Shown here in pieces: positions 54,644 to 62,744 of a stretch of 64,000 bases of DNA. Both the position numbers and the translations under genes were made by a program. This stretch comes from a virus (lineage: Duplodnaviria > Heunggongvirae > Uroviricota > Caudoviricetes). The DNA lies in IMG/VR virus record IMGVR_UViG_3300050821_004987, positions 64,577-128,576 of that record; one strand, written 5' to 3'. Within the stretch, counting starts at the first letter, position 1. The number at the start of each line of letters is the position of its first letter. Under the pieces are notes generated by a model. It saw only the letters and a program-made list of their open reading frames with translations, did no database searches and was not told the origin of the DNA.

Positions 54644-54711
54644 ACGAGTTTGGCGTGGTGGGGTTTGGTCAGGTAAGGTAGTGTCAGCTGAGGTAAGGTA
54701 AGGAGAATAAA
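54644..54711 (+). promoter_or_regulatory. GGT-rich upstream cassette (family member 3)
   Basis: 'acgagtttggcgtggtggggtttggtcaggtaaggtagtgtcagctgaggtaaggtaaggagaataaaATG'. Confidence 0.5.
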
Positions 54712-54972
54712 ATGAGACAGCAACAAGTAACGGTAACGGAAGTGATTACGAAAGCGTTGGTCGACGAAGTTGGTTTGAACAAAACGCTGAGAATTCTGAA
54801 CCGGGCGATTGAGAAAGATGCAGTCAATCATCCGGGAAACAGAAATCCCGATTTCATCGGGATGGTGGCATTCGCAAAGATCTACGCAGAGAACGCTGAC
54901 ATCTGTCTTTGTGGGGATCTGGTGAACGAGAAGTGTCCAGAGCACGGAAATAAGAACGAAGGGAGCAATTGA
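54712..54972 (+). CDS. Hypothetical protein
   Basis: 86-aa ORF. Confidence 0.35.
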   Translation: MRQQQVTVTEVITKALVDEVGLNKTLRILNRAIEKDAVNHPGNRNPDFIGMVAFAKIYAENADICLCGDLVNEKCPEHGNKNEGSN

Positions 54973-56168
54973 TGCCTAGAGGATGGAGAAGAAGACAGCA
55001 TGTTCCGGGACCGAGACCAGCACCAACAACGATCGGTGGGGCTTCTGTTGGGGTTAACATACCGACCGGAGCTCCAGCAAAACAAAGGAAGCCACGGGTT
55101 CACAAACCGAAAGTTGCCAAGATACCTAGACCGAAAGGCAAAGACCTCAGGATGATGCTGAAGGGATTGCTCACAGTCTCACAGGCGAATCGGATAGCCT
55201 CTTTATCCTATGCGCTCCAGTGGTACGATCAAGCACTTCCCTACATGGTCCAGAAGGGCAAGCTGGATGCCAAGGCCAAGAAGTTGTTGGAGGTCGCCGT
55301 CAAATGCCGGAAGCAGGGCATTGGGACGGTCAACGACAATGAGAAAGAGACTTCTTTTCTCATGGCACTCAGACAGTATGAGAGGGCTTGTGTCGCTCTC
55401 AAGCCTTCTCTCGTGGACAAGTTCTACAAGCAGTTCGAACTCAGAAAGACGAAGCTGGAAGCCAAGCAGCAACGCTTGGAGAACAAGTTCGGTAACGTCA
55501 CCGACTTGCTGCAGAAAGCAATCGGGAACCGAATCAAGTTGGTAGTGGCAGACGCACAGAAGCCCTTCCAATACGACCCGGGACTGACTTCGGTTTCCTA
55601 TAACCGAGAGGCTGCCAAGGCGCTGGCTCTCAAGTACAGACAGGAAGGGATACTGCCAGTCCTACTGGATCAGCTACCACTGCTGGCTCAGCACGCAGCT
55701 TTACAGCAGGGTACGGGTGAGCAGGCCGGGACTTGGCAATACGATCCGGCAAGGCACGTGGCGATTGTGGAAGAGATGTTGGCTTCTTTCATTATCTTCG
55801 CCAGATCAGCCGACGCTCCCAAACGGTTGGTTCAGAATAGGGTCGTACGGGAACCTAAGGTCAAGGCTCCAGTAGACCCGAATGCACCGCCCGTGCAACG
55901 AGCTGCTAGGGTCTCTGCCAAAGGACCTCGATACTTGGGCTTCCTAGTACCGGGGACCGCGATTGCGACGGTCTACGAGCGGCTAATGGACGAACAAGAG
56001 CACGATATAAAGGATGTTATCGCCGGGTTGACCACGAGCGATCCAGTCGGTCGGGTCAAACAGTTGGGTCGGTACGGAGTGGAGAAGGCAGTACTGGATC
56101 TGACAATCAACGGACAGAAGGTTTCCATCAAGCACAAGCCGGGCGTGACGCCGGGGGAGAAGAAATGA
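54969..56168 (+). CDS. Hypothetical protein with basic Arg/Pro/Lys-rich N-terminus
   Basis: ATGA-coupled. 399 aa. Confidence 0.4.
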   Translation: MMPRGWRRRQHVPGPRPAPTTIGGASVGVNIPTGAPAKQRKPRVHKPKVAKIPRPKGKDLRMMLKGLLTVSQANRIASLSYALQWYDQALPYMVQKGKLDAKAKKLLEVAVKCRKQGIGTVNDNEKETSFLMALRQYERACVALKPSLVDKFYKQFELRKTKLEAKQQRLENKFGNVTDLLQKAIGNRIKLVVADAQKPFQYDPGLTSVSYNREAAKALALKYRQEGILPVLLDQLPLLAQHAALQQGTGEQAGTWQYDPARHVAIVEEMLASFIIFARSADAPKRLVQNRVVREPKVKAPVDPNAPPVQRAARVSAKGPRYLGFLVPGTAIATVYERLMDEQEHDIKDVIAGLTTSDPVGRVKQLGRYGVEKAVLDLTINGQKVSIKHKPGVTPGEKK

Positions 56169-56458
56169 GACTCTATAGACTCTCGAACAAGAACGGAAAT
56201 GGTGGCTGGGTATTTGCAGAGGATACCGAGACAGCCAAAGCGATCTTCTTTCAGGAGCATGGTGTGAAGAAGATTTCGAACATAAAGAACGTTGTCGATC
56301 AGACAGATTTCTATGCATCGTCAACGGATTTGGCAGATGTTAAAGTAGCCGGTTTGGCCTGCTTAGCCTGTTCGGTTTCAGGACCACCGAAGCGTTCATG
56401 GTGCATTTCTAGAGAGGGAAAGATAGTGAGAGACCTCTCGAAAGGTATCGGAGTTTGA
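56165..56458 (+). CDS. Hypothetical protein
   Basis: ATGA-coupled. 97 aa. Confidence 0.35.
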   Translation: MRLYRLSNKNGNGGWVFAEDTETAKAIFFQEHGVKKISNIKNVVDQTDFYASSTDLADVKVAGLACLACSVSGPPKRSWCISREGKIVRDLSKGIGV

Positions 56459-56568
56459 ATTTGGCGAGGTGATGTTAGGTGGGGTAGTGTGTGGTCTGGT
56501 TTGGTCTGGTTGGGCGAGCTACGGTGATGTATGGTAAGGTCAAAGAAAAATAGAAAAGGAGAAGAACG
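56459..56568 (+). promoter_or_regulatory. GGT-rich upstream cassette (family member 4)
   Basis: 'atttggcgaggtgatgttaggtggggtagtgtgtggtctggtttggtctggttgggcg...ggtaaggtcaaagaaaaatagaaaaggagaagaacgATG'. Confidence 0.5.
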
Positions 56569-57108
56569 ATGAGTCAAAAAGTTGAGGTCAGCATAAAAGG
56601 GCTACCGCCGGGAATCATGATGCACAGATTTCCATTGGAGCCGATCGAAGGTCTGGAAAAGAAGTCGAAGGAAGAGCAAGCTGAGTATTCGGCCTACCGA
56701 AACGTAGAGACACACGAGCTCTACATTCCGGGACCGGCAGTTCAGCAAGCTCTTGTCGCGGCTGCAACCTATTCAAAGGGAAAAGGACGTGGATCGTTGC
56801 AGAAGGTTGTGGCCGCATCGGTGTTCGTCTTGGACGGCACATTGACTCTTGGCACGAAGAAATATGAAATAGACTCACGAGCTGTTGTTGTTCCAGCCAC
56901 GGGAGGGCGGGTCGTTAGGCATCGGCCAGTCATTCTGAGCTGGGCAACAAAGTTCGAGCTGATGTATGACGAGAAACTTCTCAGCGAAGTGCAGATCAGG
57001 AAGGTCGTCGAGGAAGCCGGCAGTCTTTGTGGACTTCTCGACTACCGGCCAAACTGCAAAGGACCTTTCGGTCGGTACATGGTCACGAGTTGGAAGTTGG
57101 TCGAGTAA
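56569..57108 (+). CDS. Hypothetical protein
   Basis: 179-aa ORF. Confidence 0.4.
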   Translation: MSQKVEVSIKGLPPGIMMHRFPLEPIEGLEKKSKEEQAEYSAYRNVETHELYIPGPAVQQALVAAATYSKGKGRGSLQKVVAASVFVLDGTLTLGTKKYEIDSRAVVVPATGGRVVRHRPVILSWATKFELMYDEKLLSEVQIRKVVEEAGSLCGLLDYRPNCKGPFGRYMVTSWKLVE

Positions 57109-57117
57109 AAAGAAATT

Positions 57118-57166
57118 CGCCACGGTCGGAGTTGCTGCTGGGAGATTCGGCCGTGGCGAGTGTTTT
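57118..57166 (+). terminator. Intrinsic terminator
   Basis: CGCCACGG...CCGTGGCG 8-bp GC-rich stem (extendable with mismatches), then 'agTGTTTT'. Confidence 0.55.
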
Positions 57167-57259
57167 AAGGTTAGCTGAGGTTTGGTTCGGCGGGCTATGG
57201 TGTGGAGAGGTGGGGTCAGGTATGGTTAGCTGTGGTGAGGTAAGGTAAGGAGAAAATAA
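57167..57259 (+). promoter_or_regulatory. GGT-rich upstream cassette (family member 5)
   Basis: 'aaggttagctgaggtttggttcggcgggctatggtgtggagaggtggggtcaggtatggttagctgtggtgaggtaaggtaaggagaaaataaATG'. Confidence 0.5.
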
Positions 57260-58177
57260 ATGCCACGAGCTTTATTCACATCGAAAAACTTGATTGGTGA
57301 TGGACTTTACATCCAGCCGGCCCTCAAAGCTTGGCAACAGCTACATCCAGATTGGGATATCGATTTGCTGACAAACAACGATCATATAACCTGTCTGTAC
57401 GAAGGCATGGGGATAGATCGGATGCGGATCATCTTTGAGAGGGAGGACGTGCGTTGTTCTTTACCAGGAGAGTACGACTTCGAGCACGAGTTCCAGATCA
57501 ATAAAGCATTCGAGCTCGGAGAAAAGAAGAACTATCACATCAGCCAAGCATACTTTGAGCTACTAGATCTACCAGTGCCAGAGTATCCAGTAAAGGTAGA
57601 GTATACGCCACCAGAGGGTGAGACGGAGAAGGATCTAATTCTTTTATCCATGTTCTCGAACAGCTGCTCTTCCCGGGATGGGAAGGCACCAAACAAGATG
57701 ATTTCCTTCGCCGTCTGGCTACCTATTATTACGTTGGCCAGACAGCTGGGAAAGGTCGGGGTCTTGGGTTCCGAGAAGGATTGGGGACAGGCTCCTCTAC
57801 CGATCAGAGACGATGAGTATTACGCAGGTAGATCACTAGCAGACGTAGCTCGGCTCATGCGGGATGCCAAGCTACTCATTACGATAGATAATGGACTCGG
57901 GCACTTGGCGGCGACACAAGGGACGCCAACGATTCTTTTCTATCCCAAGTGCCTGAGACGGCATTGGATCGTACCGAGTGGCAATCCAAAGTTGTACGTT
58001 TACCAGATGGACCCATTGGATTTGACAGTGACGATCGGGACGTTGGTTGTGAGAGAAGGAATCAAATCTTTATTACAAGGAGATCAGCATGAAGAAAAAG
58101 CAACAGAAGAGCCGCCGTTCGAAGACAAAGGCCAAGTCTCCAAAGAAGAAAGTGACAGCAATAGCAGCGCCGCCTGA
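57260..58177 (+). CDS. GT9 (heptosyltransferase-like) glycosyltransferase
   Basis: 'RALFTSKNLIGDGLYIQPALKAW' and 'LLITIDNGLGHLAATQGTPTILFYPK' parallel the GT9 'lGDvl...P' / 'NDSGxMHLAAAlGxPxVaLFG' motifs. Confidence 0.5.
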   Translation: MPRALFTSKNLIGDGLYIQPALKAWQQLHPDWDIDLLTNNDHITCLYEGMGIDRMRIIFEREDVRCSLPGEYDFEHEFQINKAFELGEKKNYHISQAYFELLDLPVPEYPVKVEYTPPEGETEKDLILLSMFSNSCSSRDGKAPNKMISFAVWLPIITLARQLGKVGVLGSEKDWGQAPLPIRDDEYYAGRSLADVARLMRDAKLLITIDNGLGHLAATQGTPTILFYPKCLRRHWIVPSGNPKLYVYQMDPLDLTVTIGTLVVREGIKSLLQGDQHEEKATEEPPFEDKGQVSKEESDSNSSAA

Positions 58178-58442
58178 ATTTTACCGGGTGGAGTTGGAAG
58201 TAGTTTCCAAGGCTCAGGACAATTCGATCAGATATACGTACGCGCCGTACGGAGAGAACGTCGGGCTATCAGAGCTGGAGGCTTTGGAGAAGCAAGATGA
58301 GCTGAAGGTGCTGGGAATCGGTGGTCGCGTAGTCCATCTGGATGGGACACCAGATGGGAAAGTGATTGCGACGTGGGGCAGTATAGAGAGGACAGCTGCC
58401 GCCGAGAAGATCGAGCAAGGGGCTCTCGATAAAAGGGCTTGA
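58089..58442 (+). CDS. Hypothetical protein with poly-Lys N-terminus
   Basis: RBS CAAGGAGATCAGC before the ATG. Overlaps the 3' end of the previous ORF in another frame. Confidence 0.3.
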   Translation: MKKKQQKSRRSKTKAKSPKKKVTAIAAPPEFYRVELEVVSKAQDNSIRYTYAPYGENVGLSELEALEKQDELKVLGIGGRVVHLDGTPDGKVIATWGSIERTAAAEKIEQGALDKRA

Positions 58443-58468
58443 CTTCATTAGTGGGAATAAACTATACT
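58439..58468 (+). promoter_or_regulatory. sigma70-like promoter TTGACT-N18-TATACT (module B)
   Basis: Followed by a GGGGGA-tctcgg-TCCCCC hairpin (58477..58494) and RBS GAGGTGA. Near-identical to module A. Confidence 0.5.
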
Positions 58469-58538
58469 TTTCTTGTGGGGGATCTCGGTCCCCCAAAGGT
58501 ATTTAAGGCCAAACAAAAATCTAGCATGAGGTGACGAA

Positions 58539-58940
58539 ATGGCAACGATTACTTCCGAGCAGGTTTCAAAATTCGCAGTCCGGTCGAGGAGAATCAAACT
58601 GTTGACCGACGCACAGAAAGTGGCCAGGGAAGAGATTCTGACCGCGCTGAAGAAGGGGGCTTCCATTCCATTGGACGGCCCCTACGTAATAGATCTTTCC
58701 CAGAATGGTGGGAAGGATTTTAGCTGGGAAGACGAGTACCGCGCGCTGAGAATCTCCCAGCTCAAGGCCGACGATTACACTCAGAAAGAAGCCGAAGCGT
58801 TGGTCGCTCAAGAAATGAAAGAGAAAAAGGAAGCTGCTCCGGATAAAGAAGCCGAAGTCATCGACGGAGAATCCTACATCGGTGGAGTCAAGCTGACTCC
58901 GAAAGTGAATGCCCGTTATGGGAAGAGGGTAGCAGCGTGA
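58539..58940 (+). CDS. Hypothetical protein
   Basis: 'MATITSEQ...'. RBS GAGGTGACG. Confidence 0.4.
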   Translation: MATITSEQVSKFAVRSRRIKLLTDAQKVAREEILTALKKGASIPLDGPYVIDLSQNGGKDFSWEDEYRALRISQLKADDYTQKEAEALVAQEMKEKKEAAPDKEAEVIDGESYIGGVKLTPKVNARYGKRVAA

Positions 58941-59326
58941 GACAACAAGTCAAAGTCGAATGGAACTTCGCACCCAAGCCACCGATCGCTATGATGATCA
59001 CGCTCCGTAACGGGCAGAAGATCAAGCAGGACGTAGCCCACGAGCTGCGTCCTGAGGGTATTCCTACGAAACAGATCTGGTGTTTCGGTTGTCAGGAATA
59101 CTTTCCTAACTGGCACGCAGCTCTCTGGCGCCACGGGCTTTGCGTTCAGCCTCCGGGTGGGAAGATGCCAGAGATCAAAACAAAGCCAGTAGTGATGCCG
59201 ACGAAAAAGAAAAACGATCGGGTTCCTCTGCCAGATGGATTCGCCGATTGGTCGGTGGGTCAGATGAAGAGCTGGCTCTTTAAGCATCGTCCAGACAGCT
59301 ACAAAAAGATCTATGGGAGGGTTTAA
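58937..59326 (+). CDS. Hypothetical protein
   Basis: Overlap-coupled. 129 aa. Confidence 0.35.
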   Translation: MRQQVKVEWNFAPKPPIAMMITLRNGQKIKQDVAHELRPEGIPTKQIWCFGCQEYFPNWHAALWRHGLCVQPPGGKMPEIKTKPVVMPTKKKNDRVPLPDGFADWSVGQMKSWLFKHRPDSYKKIYGRV

Positions 59327-59328
59327 CG

Positions 59329-60357
59329 ATGGGCTTCTATCAAAAGATGGCAGCAGATCGCGCAGCAGGGAAGCTGGGAACGCCACCAAAGTACCGGGTA
59401 CTCCAGGTCGACATGCTCAAGCAGGCCGACCGAGAGAAGGCCGCAACGATAATCTCATTCGTCCAGTCCGACAGCGACGCCTACAAACTGGCGGGCCATG
59501 ACGGGTTCGCCTATAAAGATCTAGACCTCAGGCGCCGGGTCGGTGTGGTTACTTATAAGGGGGCTGAAGTAGCCCTCTTATTCAAACGAGAGGTCCTAGA
59601 ACTGGAACCAGGACCAGCAGATCCAGTCCCTGAGCGAACGATCAAGGACCCAGTCGGAGCTTGGATACAAGTCGATCTACTCAACGCCGATGCTGTCGAG
59701 ATTCGAAAGGGCATCGGGGATCGTTTATCGGCAGCAATCGCTCAGGCACAGCGTCTCCAGATGCTTTGGCAGGACGAGAAAGGAAGAAGGGAAAAACTTG
59801 AGGAGGAGGTAGCATCGAGACAGGGACTGAAAGAAGCGCTCAGGGGTTCGACAGAGAAGATAGCTCTGATGGAGGCAGAGAAAAAAGCAACTGAGAAGGA
59901 GATGGAGGGGCTCAAGAGAGATCTGCAAAAAGAAAAGGAGGCCAGGAGAAACGACAAACTGAATCTGGTGCGTGAGATGTTTCCGGTGTTTAATACCGTC
60001 TGGTTGGCTGGACTACATCGAGTCGGCGATCAACTGTACGGGATCATCCGGACTCAGCTGACAGAGGCGTTGGGAAAGATCGGTATCAAATTTGTCGAGC
60101 CCAAGGTGGGCGACACGTTCGATCCAAACTCTCACCACGCCATACACGGGCAGCCGTATCCGATGGGAGCCCGGGAGATCGGTTCCGTGATCCAAGTCCA
60201 TCGAGTCGGTTGGTCGCTGGGTTCAGCAGTAATCGAGGCAGCAGATGTTTCGGTTGGAGTTGAATCCAAGGAGGAGGTGAAGGATGGCACAGGACAATGT
60301 GGTAGTCCCGAAACTGAACCAAGAGGAGAAGCTAAAGCTGATAGAGGAGTGGCGTAG
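59329..60357 (+). CDS. grpE: GrpE-like nucleotide exchange factor with about 150-aa N-terminal extension
   Basis: 'LNLVREMFPVFNTVWLAG' resembles the GrpE 'llpvlDnleRAl' helix. 'GIKFVEPKVGDTFDPNSHHAIHG' matches 'FDPnxHeAv'. 'VIQVHRVGWSLGSAVIEAADVSV' matches 'GYxlxxRvlRpAxVxV'. Long coiled-coil stalk precedes. Confidence 0.6.
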   Translation: MGFYQKMAADRAAGKLGTPPKYRVLQVDMLKQADREKAATIISFVQSDSDAYKLAGHDGFAYKDLDLRRRVGVVTYKGAEVALLFKREVLELEPGPADPVPERTIKDPVGAWIQVDLLNADAVEIRKGIGDRLSAAIAQAQRLQMLWQDEKGRREKLEEEVASRQGLKEALRGSTEKIALMEAEKKATEKEMEGLKRDLQKEKEARRNDKLNLVREMFPVFNTVWLAGLHRVGDQLYGIIRTQLTEALGKIGIKFVEPKVGDTFDPNSHHAIHGQPYPMGAREIGSVIQVHRVGWSLGSAVIEAADVSVGVESKEEVKDGTGQCGSPETEPRGEAKADRGVA

Positions 60358-60502
60358 TTGGTATGAAAAATATTCCAAGTGGGAGGTGCTTGAAGAGCAA
60401 GATTTCGAGTCAATTTGTATCGGCTGGTGCTGTGCCAAAGGTATGACACCAGACGAGGGCTATGATTTTTATCAAGAAATGATTCCGTTGAAATTGTTCT
60501 AA
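60284..60502 (+). CDS. Small hypothetical protein
   Basis: RBS GGAGGTGAAGG before the ATG. Overlaps the grpE-like 3' end in another frame. Confidence 0.3.
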   Translation: MAQDNVVVPKLNQEEKLKLIEEWRSWYEKYSKWEVLEEQDFESICIGWCCAKGMTPDEGYDFYQEMIPLKLF

Positions 60503-60525
60503 AACTTTCGCACGGAGATCACAAA

Positions 60526-61296
60526 ATGGCATTGCTTACCGCAGAAGAGAAAGCAGCCTTAGCAAAGGAGGGTCTATGGGTCAGAGAAAAATGCGACGGA
60601 TGTAAAAAGCCAATTCTGTCGCCGGTATCATTTGTGAAGAAAGACGGTCGGGTATTTTGTGCAAGTTGTCAAAAGGGCCAGGATCTAGTTTTAGCAGATA
60701 CGAAAAAGGAGAATGAAGAAATGAAGACCAAAGCAGAAAAGAAAGCAGCTCCAAAGAAAGAAAGCAAGACGATTGCCGGACATCTACGGGAAGGAACAGC
60801 AATTGCCGACCTCTACTTGTTCTTGGAAGACGAAAAGAAACACAAGCTGGGAGACGCGAAGAAGTTGATCGCCAAATACAAGGCAGATCCAATGGGCAGG
60901 ATCTACCAGCTGGGTCGCTACGGCAAGAAAGGGCCGGAGTTCTGGGCGGTGATTGTCGACGAAGAGACGATCCAGATGAAGAAAGGAAAAGCTGCAGCGA
61001 CGGCTCCCAAGCCCAAGGCAGCCGCCAAGGAGAAGGAAGCGCCGGCAAAGAAAGCTGTATCAAAAAAAGAGCAAGAGCCTGACGAGACGGCCGCCATGCC
61101 CTCGAAGGCTCTAAAAGCGACCATGGCATTGGTTCGTCGGACTCTCAAGTCGGGGAAGGACTGGACCAAGAACAAACTAATGGAGCATCTGATCGAAGAA
61201 CACGATCAGGACCCGAAGAGAATCGCAGCCGCAGTACAGGAGGAGATCAAGGCCGGTGGTATCAAGGTCGAGGACGGGGTTCTCGAACTGGTCTAG
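60526..61296 (+). CDS. Zinc-ribbon plus histone-H1-like Lys/Ala-rich DNA-binding protein
   Basis: 'CDGCKKPI...CASCQKG'. 'KAEKKAAPKKESK ... KAAATAPKPKAAAKEKEAPAKKAVSKKE'. Confidence 0.45.
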   Translation: MALLTAEEKAALAKEGLWVREKCDGCKKPILSPVSFVKKDGRVFCASCQKGQDLVLADTKKENEEMKTKAEKKAAPKKESKTIAGHLREGTAIADLYLFLEDEKKHKLGDAKKLIAKYKADPMGRIYQLGRYGKKGPEFWAVIVDEETIQMKKGKAAATAPKPKAAAKEKEAPAKKAVSKKEQEPDETAAMPSKALKATMALVRRTLKSGKDWTKNKLMEHLIEEHDQDPKRIAAAVQEEIKAGGIKVEDGVLELV

Positions 61297-61333
61297 CGAG
61301 TTCTGGACGGCCTCGACTCCGTCCGGGATAGGG

Positions 61334-61371
61334 AGAGGGCGAGGGGGAAGTTTTCGCCCTCTTCTGATTTT
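61334..61371 (+). terminator. Intrinsic terminator
   Basis: AGAGGGCGA...TCGCCCTCT 9-bp stem with an 11-nt loop, followed by 'TCTGATTTT'. Preceded by a GGACGG...CCGTCC hairpin. Confidence 0.55.
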
Positions 61372-61388
61372 AAGAACGGAGGAACGAT

Positions 61389-61979
61389 ATGAGTTGTAAC
61401 GTGATAGTTGTTGGTCCACGAGACAAAGATATTCCAGAAGATGTAAAAGTAATTAGTACCGTGGCTAAGTCGGCCCTATGGGCAGGGTTGAGTCCATTCT
61501 TGCTTGGTCCTTGTAAGCTATGGGGTGGGCATGTTTCTAAGAATATGGAGAATGGTTGGCAGTATTCGAAGGTGTACACAGAGTATGAAGATGGTGGGTT
61601 AGGTCGGCCAACAAAGCGCTGGCTGACGTGGGCAAAGGAAGGTTGGAGTAATCCTAGAGCCATTCGATACCCGATGGGAAAGAACATAGCTCCAGAGTAC
61701 AGTTGGTGGGATGGAACATCCTATGGGTACATTCAAGCAAGAGTAAAAATTTATATTCCACTTTATGCCAAAGCAGTAGTAAGAACTGAGGCCTTCACAG
61801 AACTCCAGAAGATGTATAAGAGACAAGAAGAGCTTTGGCTTTGGGACTACGACGGCTACGATCGAAGAAAATTTAACATGACGTTGATTGATGTAATGGC
61901 AGAGCCGAGAAAAAAGATGGGTCATGCTTTTGTTTTAGCGATGTTGCTGAAGTGGGGAAAAGATTTTTGGAGATTCTAA
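61389..61979 (+). CDS. Hypothetical protein (very weak NADAR/YbiA-like pattern)
   Basis: 'FLLGPCKLWGGHVSKNMENGWQYSKV' loosely follows the NADAR 'FlSNfyPxxF...vEhyfQaxKf' pattern. Confidence 0.25.
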   Translation: MSCNVIVVGPRDKDIPEDVKVISTVAKSALWAGLSPFLLGPCKLWGGHVSKNMENGWQYSKVYTEYEDGGLGRPTKRWLTWAKEGWSNPRAIRYPMGKNIAPEYSWWDGTSYGYIQARVKIYIPLYAKAVVRTEAFTELQKMYKRQEELWLWDYDGYDRRKFNMTLIDVMAEPRKKMGHAFVLAMLLKWGKDFWRF

Positions 61980-62019
61980 GAACGAAGAGAAGTAGTTAGA
62001 ATCAAAGTGGAGTTTTGGA

Positions 62020-62361
62020 ATGGATAACAGAACAGCAAAGAAAGCATCGGCGTTACTCTCTTCGACCGGCTATCTGAGACTATCCTCAGATCTGGTCCCA
62101 GAGAAAGGGAGTTTGGTATTTATTCTCACGCCACTGCCAGCAGAAAAGCGGCTGGTGCTAAAAATCGTTACAGATCCCGTGACGGGGTCTTGCTATTATG
62201 ATCATAAAGCAAAAAGAAAAGCCCTCTATGCGAATGGAGCTTCTAGATGCCCATTGGTGGCGGTCAAATCAGCCATGAAATTCTTGGGCATCCAGCTGCC
62301 GAAGAAATCGAAAGAGTTTCCGGTCAAGAAAAGAGGAGATGTGTTGACCGTCCAGTTTTGA
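62020..62361 (+). CDS. Hypothetical protein
   Basis: 113-aa ORF. Confidence 0.35.
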   Translation: MDNRTAKKASALLSSTGYLRLSSDLVPEKGSLVFILTPLPAEKRLVLKIVTDPVTGSCYYDHKAKRKALYANGASRCPLVAVKSAMKFLGIQLPKKSKEFPVKKRGDVLTVQF

Positions 62362-62480
62362 GGCGAGGTACGGTTGTGTCTGGTGGGGTTAGGTTAGGTT
62401 AGGTGATGTGAGGTTGGGTTAGGTGATGTCGGGTAAGGTAAGGTCTGGTAGGGTTTGGAGAAATAAAAGGAGAAAAGAAA
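62362..62480 (+). promoter_or_regulatory. GGT-rich upstream cassette (family member 6; contains a GGTTAGGTTAGGTTAGG run)
   Basis: 'ggcgaggtacggttgtgtctggtggggttaggttaggttaggtgatgtgaggttgggttaggtgatgtcgggtaaggtaaggtctggtagggtttggagaaataaaaggagaaaagaaaATG'. Confidence 0.5.
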
Positions 62481-62744
62481 ATGAAGAGTTACCTAAGGTG
62501 GGTTTTTCGAACGATACTTATTCTTTCGGCGTTATACGCGCTCGATTGGTGCTTTCAAGGGATTTCAGCCAAGAGTGACTTGGCCCTCTTCGCAGGATTT
62601 CTTGGTGTTGTGACGTTAGCTTTTCTGGTGCCGTTTCTCTGGAGTATCATTTCAAAAATAGAAAAGGAGAAGAACGATGAGCGTAGGACTGAAAGTAACA
62701 CTAGTAGTCGGAGCGATAGTGTTAGTGATACTGTTGTTCGCTAG
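62481..62744 (+). CDS. Small membrane protein (two TM segments)
   Basis: 'TILILSALYALDWCF' and 'LALFAGFLGVVTLAFLVPFLWSII'. Confidence 0.35.
   Translation: MKSYLRWVFRTILILSALYALDWCFQGISAKSDLALFAGFLGVVTLAFLVPFLWSIISKIEKEKNDERRTESNTSSRSDSVSDTVVR

Noticed and set aside
43391-62480. GGT-rich repeats as a CRISPR array or a satellite
   Set aside because: No constant-length direct repeats alternating with unique spacers. Copies are dispersed and each abuts an ATG, which fits promoter or leader cassettes better.
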